In this document: piece after piece, positions 58,134-64,000 of the stretch
Layout: each line of letters begins with the position of its first letter
Position numbering within the stretch: position 1 is the stretch's first letter
NCBI GenBank assembly: GCA_041661765.1
Contig: JBAZTV010000001.1
Span: 135,755-199,754, forward strand
DNA: 64,000 nt
Source: Candidatus Shapirobacteria bacterium
GTDB taxonomy: Bacteria > Patescibacteriota > Microgenomatia > UBA12405
Direction: 5' to 3'
Made by a program: the position numbers and the translations under genes
Notes under the pieces: generated by a model
Seen by the model: only the letters and a program-made list of their open reading frames with translations
Database searches by the model: none
What the model was told of the DNA's origin: nothing

Positions 58134-59207
58134 ATGTATCTATCTAAACTTCTTCTTCAAAATTTTCGCTCATATCCACAACAACTCATCGAATTTGATC
58201 CCAAATTAAATCTTATTCTTGGTCCCAATGGTTCCGGTAAAACTAATATTATAGAGGCCATTTTTATCCTAGCCGCTGGTAAAAGTTTCCGATCTAGTTC
58301 TCAATCAAAATTAATTAATTGGAATGATTTTTTTACTTCAGTCCGAGCCAAACTTATTAACGATAAAAATGAAACCAGTGAAATCGAAATTAAATTAATC
58401 AAAGATCAAACCGGCAAAAGTAGTACCGTTTCCCGTAAATTTTTAATCGATAAGGTCGAAAAAACCAGAAAGACATACATTGGTATTTTTAAAAACGTTA
58501 TCTTTCATCCTGAAGACATTCGTCTAATTAATGGTTCTCCTAATCGCCGCCGTGAATTTTTAGACGAAATTTTTCTTCAAACTGAGTGGCGTTATACTCA
58601 GGCTTTATCTCAATATAACAAAGCCATAAAACATCGAAATGAACTTCTCAATCAAGTCCGAGAAGGCAAATCTATCAAATCGGAGCTTTTTTATTGGGAT
58701 CAAACCCTTATTAAAAATGCCAGAATAATCCACGATTTTCGCACCACTTTTATTCGTTCTACTAATTCTTTTTTTCAAAATCACCCCGATTCTCAAATTA
58801 AATTAATTTTTCTAAATTACCATCCCTCAATTTTGACTGAAGACAGGTTGGAAAAAAGTTATCAATTAGATCTTCATCGTGGTTGCACTCAGATTGGTAT
58901 CCATCGTGATGATTTTAGTTTTAATAATAATGATTTTTCTACTGAAGATAAAAATTTAGCTTTTTGGGGCAGTCGGGGACAGCAACGACTTGCTGTTTTA
59001 GCCATTCGTTTAGCCCAAATTAATTATTTGGAAAAAATTTATCAAGATAAACCAGTTTTATTATTAGATGATATCTTTTCCGAACTCGACCCAGATCATC
59101 AAAAATTAGTCGTATCTTTGTGTCAAAAATATCAAACAATCTTCACAGCCGCCGAACCTGAAAGTATTAAGATTCTATCTACCGCCAAATTGATTCAACT
59201 TACCTAG
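58134..59207 (+). CDS. recF: DNA replication/repair protein RecF
   Basis: NFRSY, GPNGSGKTN, GSP..RR.FLD, SRGQQR and LLLDDIFSELD. Confidence 0.96.
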   Translation: MYLSKLLLQNFRSYPQQLIEFDPKLNLILGPNGSGKTNIIEAIFILAAGKSFRSSSQSKLINWNDFFTSVRAKLINDKNETSEIEIKLIKDQTGKSSTVSRKFLIDKVEKTRKTYIGIFKNVIFHPEDIRLINGSPNRRREFLDEIFLQTEWRYTQALSQYNKAIKHRNELLNQVREGKSIKSELFYWDQTLIKNARIIHDFRTTFIRSTNSFFQNHPDSQIKLIFLNYHPSILTEDRLEKSYQLDLHRGCTQIGIHRDDFSFNNNDFSTEDKNLAFWGSRGQQRLAVLAIRLAQINYLEKIYQDKPVLLLDDIFSELDPDHQKLVVSLCQKYQTIFTAAEPESIKILSTAKLIQLT

Positions 59208-59242
59208 TGCAAATTTCAATCTTGTGTAATATAATAACCTCA

Positions 59243-59275
59243 CTGCCTGAAACAAGGCAGAATTGTTCTTTAAAA
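59243..59275 (+). promoter_or_regulatory. rRNA leader boxB hairpin and boxA
   Basis: CTGCCT-GAAACA-AGGCAG then GTTCTTTAAAA, downstream of a TATAAT-like -10. Confidence 0.75.
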
Positions 59276-59386
59276 TTAAGTTCACAATTTGTTTAGAGCC
59301 AGAAGCTGTTAGTACCAGAAAGATTTTCAAAAAAAATTTTTGATTGATTATTTAAATCAATTGATTTCGAATTTATTCGAAATGTT

Positions 59387-60887
<1,501 letters not shown>

Positions 60888-60978
60888 GAGGTTTATGTCC
60901 AATCCATAAGATTGGACCATCTCATCCTTTCTGGTACTAACAGTTCGGCTCTAAACAAGTGAATTTAATTTTAATCTT

Positions 60979-61004
60979 AAAATCCGCCATTTGGCGGATT
61001 TTTT
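60979..61004 (+). terminator. Intrinsic terminator after 16S
   Basis: AAAATCCGCCA-TT-TGGCGGATTTTTT. Confidence 0.85.
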
Positions 61005-61051
61005 GATACAATACCACATGAATTTTAGTCCTTTACCGACTAAACAAACAT

Positions 61052-61786
61052 ATGAAAAAAAACAATTCGCCTTTTATCACTAATTTAAAAATTGATCAAA
61101 ATGCCTTACCGAAACATATTGCCATTATTATGGATGGTAATCGCCGTTGGGCTATTAAACATGGAGTAAAGGCTAGTGAAGGTCACAAAGCCGGTGCTCA
61201 AAATTTAGAAAATATCGTTGATTATTGCCGTGATATCGGTATAAAAAATATTACCGTCTATGCTCTTTCCACTGAAAATTGGCGTAAACGTTCAGTCGAA
61301 GAAGTCAAAGGTATTTTTAATTTACTAATTAATGTTGTTAAAACTAAAAGTAAAGAGTATCAAAAATCTGGTATTAAATTTTTTGTCTTAGGTAATTTTC
61401 AAGCTTTTCCTTTTAAAGTAAAACATGCCATCAAAAAGATTTTAAATATGGTTTTAGATAAAGAAAGAATTAAATTTAACGTTGCCCTTAATTATGGAGG
61501 TCGCGACGAAATTGTTAACGCCATCAAAAATATTATTAAAGACGGAGTTAAATCTTCAGACGTTAACGAAAAATTAGTTTCCAACTATCTTTACACCACT
61601 GGTCAACCAGATCCAGATCTAGTTATTCGTCCAGGCGGAGAATTTCGTCTTTCTAATTTTCTTTTATGGCAAACATCATATGCTGAACTTTATTTTACCA
61701 ATACCCTTTGGCCAGATTTCACTCCAAAAGAACTAGAAAAAGCTATTTATTGGTATCAACAACGTGATCGCCGTTTAGGTAAGTAA
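61052..61786 (+). CDS. uppS: Undecaprenyl/polyprenyl diphosphate synthase
   Basis: HIAIIMDGNRRWA, STENW, NYGGR and RLSNFLLWQ. Confidence 0.97.
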   Translation: MKKNNSPFITNLKIDQNALPKHIAIIMDGNRRWAIKHGVKASEGHKAGAQNLENIVDYCRDIGIKNITVYALSTENWRKRSVEEVKGIFNLLINVVKTKSKEYQKSGIKFFVLGNFQAFPFKVKHAIKKILNMVLDKERIKFNVALNYGGRDEIVNAIKNIIKDGVKSSDVNEKLVSNYLYTTGQPDPDLVIRPGGEFRLSNFLLWQTSYAELYFTNTLWPDFTPKELEKAIYWYQQRDRRLGK

Positions 61787-61798
61787 AAAAAAAGAAAT

Positions 61799-61846
61799 GC
61801 CGCCCTGTCAAGGGAGGTGGTCCGAAATTTCGGACCGGAGGGTTTT
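61799..61846 (+). repeat. Palindromic repeat family copy between convergent genes
   Basis: GCCGCCCTGTCAAGGGAGGT-GGTCCGAAATTTCGGACC-GGAGGGTTTT. Confidence 0.75.
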
Positions 61847-61850
61847 ATTT

Positions 61851-62138
61851 TTACATAAAACTAACACCAAGCAAAACTTCCACTATTTTAGCAATAAAAT
61901 AAGACACAAAAATAATTAAAAACCCAATTATTGCCCCAGTTATTTTTCCATAAGCCGCTTTCGATTTATCCGGACTTCCTACCGATGTCATTAAGCCAAT
62001 TCCACCACTAATCAACATTAATAATAATATTAGCCCGGCTATAACATAAACATAAGGCAACAATTTCCCAACTATTTCACCTATCGTGGCAGTTTTAAAA
62101 CTAAAACCAGTGTTACCATAAAGATCCATTAATGCCAT
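61851..62138 (-). CDS. CPR pilin-like (TrbC/VirB2-like) protein
   Basis: IAG.I.LL.LI.GG..LMTS.G.P....AA...IT.AIIG pattern. Confidence 0.75.
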   Translation of the reverse strand: MALMDLYGNTGFSFKTATIGEIVGKLLPYVYVIAGLILLLMLISGGIGLMTSVGSPDKSKAAYGKITGAIIGFLIIFVSYFIAKIVEVLLGVSFM

Positions 62139-62140
62139 AT

Positions 62141-62527
62141 TTAATTTATTCCTGGGATTTGTAAAATATTAACTGCAACTAATCTTAAAATAAAAATTGC
62201 AAAAATACAGACCAATAATCCAATCACTGCCGAAGTGATTGTTTCTCTAGCACCTTGAACCTTCTTTTCATCCCCAGCAGATGTGGCAATTAAAATAAAA
62301 CCATAAGACATCAATAAAAAGGCAATTCCACCTGCAACTCCAAATAACCAACCCAGTAACCAAGGCACAAAAGAATTCATTTCTACTGGAATACAACCAA
62401 GGGCTGTATTAATTGATGTAGTAGAACAACCAGCAAAAGGATCATACGCAAAAACGGTTTTTTTAAAAAAGCCTCCAAAACCGATTGTCAACATTCCCAA
62501 AACCAACAATATCTTTCTCTTCAACAT
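62141..62527 (-). CDS. CPR pilin-like (TrbC/VirB2-like) protein
   Basis: Signal peptide, INTALGCIP, TSAGDEKKVQGARETITSAVIGL. Confidence 0.78.
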   Translation of the reverse strand: MLKRKILLVLGMLTIGFGGFFKKTVFAYDPFAGCSTTSINTALGCIPVEMNSFVPWLLGWLFGVAGGIAFLLMSYGFILIATSAGDEKKVQGARETITSAVIGLLVCIFAIFILRLVAVNILQIPGIN

Positions 62528-62559
62528 ATTTGTAGTATATCAAATGTTAAAATTAAACT

Positions 62560-64000
62560 GTGTATCTAAAGCCCAAAAAATTATTAATATTTTTTTTGTT
62601 TTTAGCCCTCCTTTTTCAAGGGAGGGTGCCCGCAGGGCGGGTGGGTTTGAACTTTGTTTTTGCCAGCATCGATGATGATATCGCCGCCATCACTAAACAA
62701 ATTTCCGATCTAGAAGCTTCAATTGCCCCTCTTCAAAAAGAATCTACTGGTCTTGCTTCTAAACTTACTTCTGCTAAAACCCAAATTACATCCATAAGCA
62801 ATCAGGTCGACAACCTCAGTCAAAAATTAGTCGACAAAGAATCAGATCTTGAAGTCCAAAAACTTTTACTTGCCGAAAGAGTTAAACGTTACTACAAAAA
62901 TAGTAAAAGTTATAATTCCTTTTTAATTTTATTTTCCGCTTCGGACAATAAAAATGGTTCTGTTTTTCAACAATATGCTTGGTATCAGTCAATTATTTCC
63001 CAAGATAAAAATACTATTACTCAATATTCTTCCGATATTACTATCTTAAACGATAATAAAAACAAACTCGAAGCTGAAAAAAATAAATTAGCCAAAGTCA
63101 AAAAAGACCTCGAATCCCGTTCCAGTTTTTTGGCCACTGAAATTAAAAAAGCCGAAACTTATAAAGCCGAACTTTCCGCCAAACAAAAAGACCTTGAAGC
63201 CAAAAAACTAGCCAGTTTAAATTTACCCACCAGTGTTGGTAGTGGTGGTAACATGATGTGTACCGATGATCGAAAAACCGATCCTGGTTTTGGCACTGGT
63301 TTCGCTTTTTTTACCTTTGGTATTCCTCACCATGTCGGTTTAAACCAATATGGTGCTTATGGTCGAGCCAAAGCTGGACAAAACTACAAAGACATTATTA
63401 ATGCCTATTTTAACAACGTTACTTTTGAAAAAAAGCCCAATATTACTCTCAACGTAAAAGGTTACGGTTCCATGCCTCTAGAACAGTATCTTTTAGGTAT
63501 TTATGAAGTCCCTGAATCTTGGCCAATTGAAGCTTTAAAAGCTCAAGTTATTGCTGCTCGTTCTTATGCTTTAGCTTATTCAAATAATGGTGCCAATGAA
63601 ATTTGTACCACCCAAGCTTGTCAGGTTTACAAAGGTGGCAATAAAGGTGGACAATGGGAGCAAGCTGTCAAAGCCACTGAAGGTGAAGTTATAACTCAAA
63701 GTGGTCAAGTAGTCACCGCTTGGTTTGCCTCTACCGCTGGTGGTTATACTTATACCTCTGCCGACGTTGGTTGGAAATCCACCGGTTGGACCAAAAATAC
63801 TCGCGATACTTCCGGTGATGTCAATTCTTTTGAAGATCTTATAAATAAAGCCTATGATAAAGATTCTCCTTGTTTTTATGCCGCCCAAGGCTATCGCAAA
63901 GAATATAATAAATCAGCTTGGTTAAAACCTAGTGAAGTTGCCGACATTGTCAATTCTATTCTTTTATCTCAAAAAGATTCTTCTATTAATAATAATCTTT
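62560..64000 (+). CDS. SpoIID/LytB domain lytic transglycosylase with an N-terminal coiled coil; runs off the right edge
   Basis: Manual translation from GTG 62560; LEQYLLGIYEVPESWPIEALKAQVIAARSYAL...ICTTQACQVY. Confidence 0.85.
   Translation, partial: MYLKPKKLLIFFLFLALLFQGRVPAGRVGLNFVFASIDDDIAAITKQISDLEASIAPLQKESTGLASKLTSAKTQITSISNQVDNLSQKLVDKESDLEVQKLLLAERVKRYYKNSKSYNSFLILFSASDNKNGSVFQQYAWYQSIISQDKNTITQYSSDITILNDNKNKLEAEKNKLAKVKKDLESRSSFLATEIKKAETYKAELSAKQKDLEAKKLASLNLPTSVGSGGNMMCTDDRKTDPGFGTGFAFFTFGIPHHVGLNQYGAYGRAKAGQNYKDIINAYFNNVTFEKKPNITLNVKGYGSMPLEQYLLGIYEVPESWPIEALKAQVIAARSYALAYSNNGANEICTTQACQVYKGGNKGGQWEQAVKATEGEVITQSGQVVTAWFASTAGGYTYTSADVGWKSTGWTKNTRDTSGDVNSFEDLINKAYDKDSPCFYAAQGYRKEYNKSAWLKPSEVADIVNSILLSQKDSSINNNL
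62605..62648 (+). repeat. Palindromic repeat family copy, in-frame within the signal peptide (QGRVPAGRVG)
   Basis: GCCCTCCTTTTTCAAGGGAGGGT-GCCCGCAGGGC-GGGTGGGTTT. Confidence 0.8.

Noticed and set aside
63580-63888. 102-aa minus-strand ORF
   Set aside because: Antisense to the SpoIID/LytB gene running off the window end.

Overview
AT-rich bacterial chromosome segment, most consistent with a Patescibacteria/CPR genome of the Microgenomates type. Evidence: a divergent unlinked 16S, an archaeal-type C1-G72 tRNA-Tyr without a long variable arm, and tandem pilin-like genes. Most of the window is housekeeping: glycolysis/pentose phosphate genes, groESL, ispH-ispG, a csoR-copA copper locus, two class A PBPs, glycosyltransferases, xth, recF, uppS, five tRNAs and 16S rRNA. 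The standout is a ~9.6 kb accessory island (2430-12020) next to tRNA-Ser(GCT), bounded by a 16-bp direct repeat and containing a probable serine-recombinase remnant. It carries an apparent operon: unknown protein - small protein - HAMMERHEAD RIBOZYME - pseudokinase - vWA protein - HAMMERHEAD RIBOZYME - divergent adenylosuccinate-synthetase (PurA/PurZ-like) enzyme, facing a convergent nucleotidyltransferase. The two hammerheads show compensatory changes in stem I, and the second sequesters the ribosome-binding site of the PurA-like gene. Other patterns: boxA-like motifs ahead of SD-led orphan genes, many apparently leaderless core genes, and a palindromic repeat family that often lies in-frame inside proteins. 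All calls come from manual reading; no database searches or folding programs were run.
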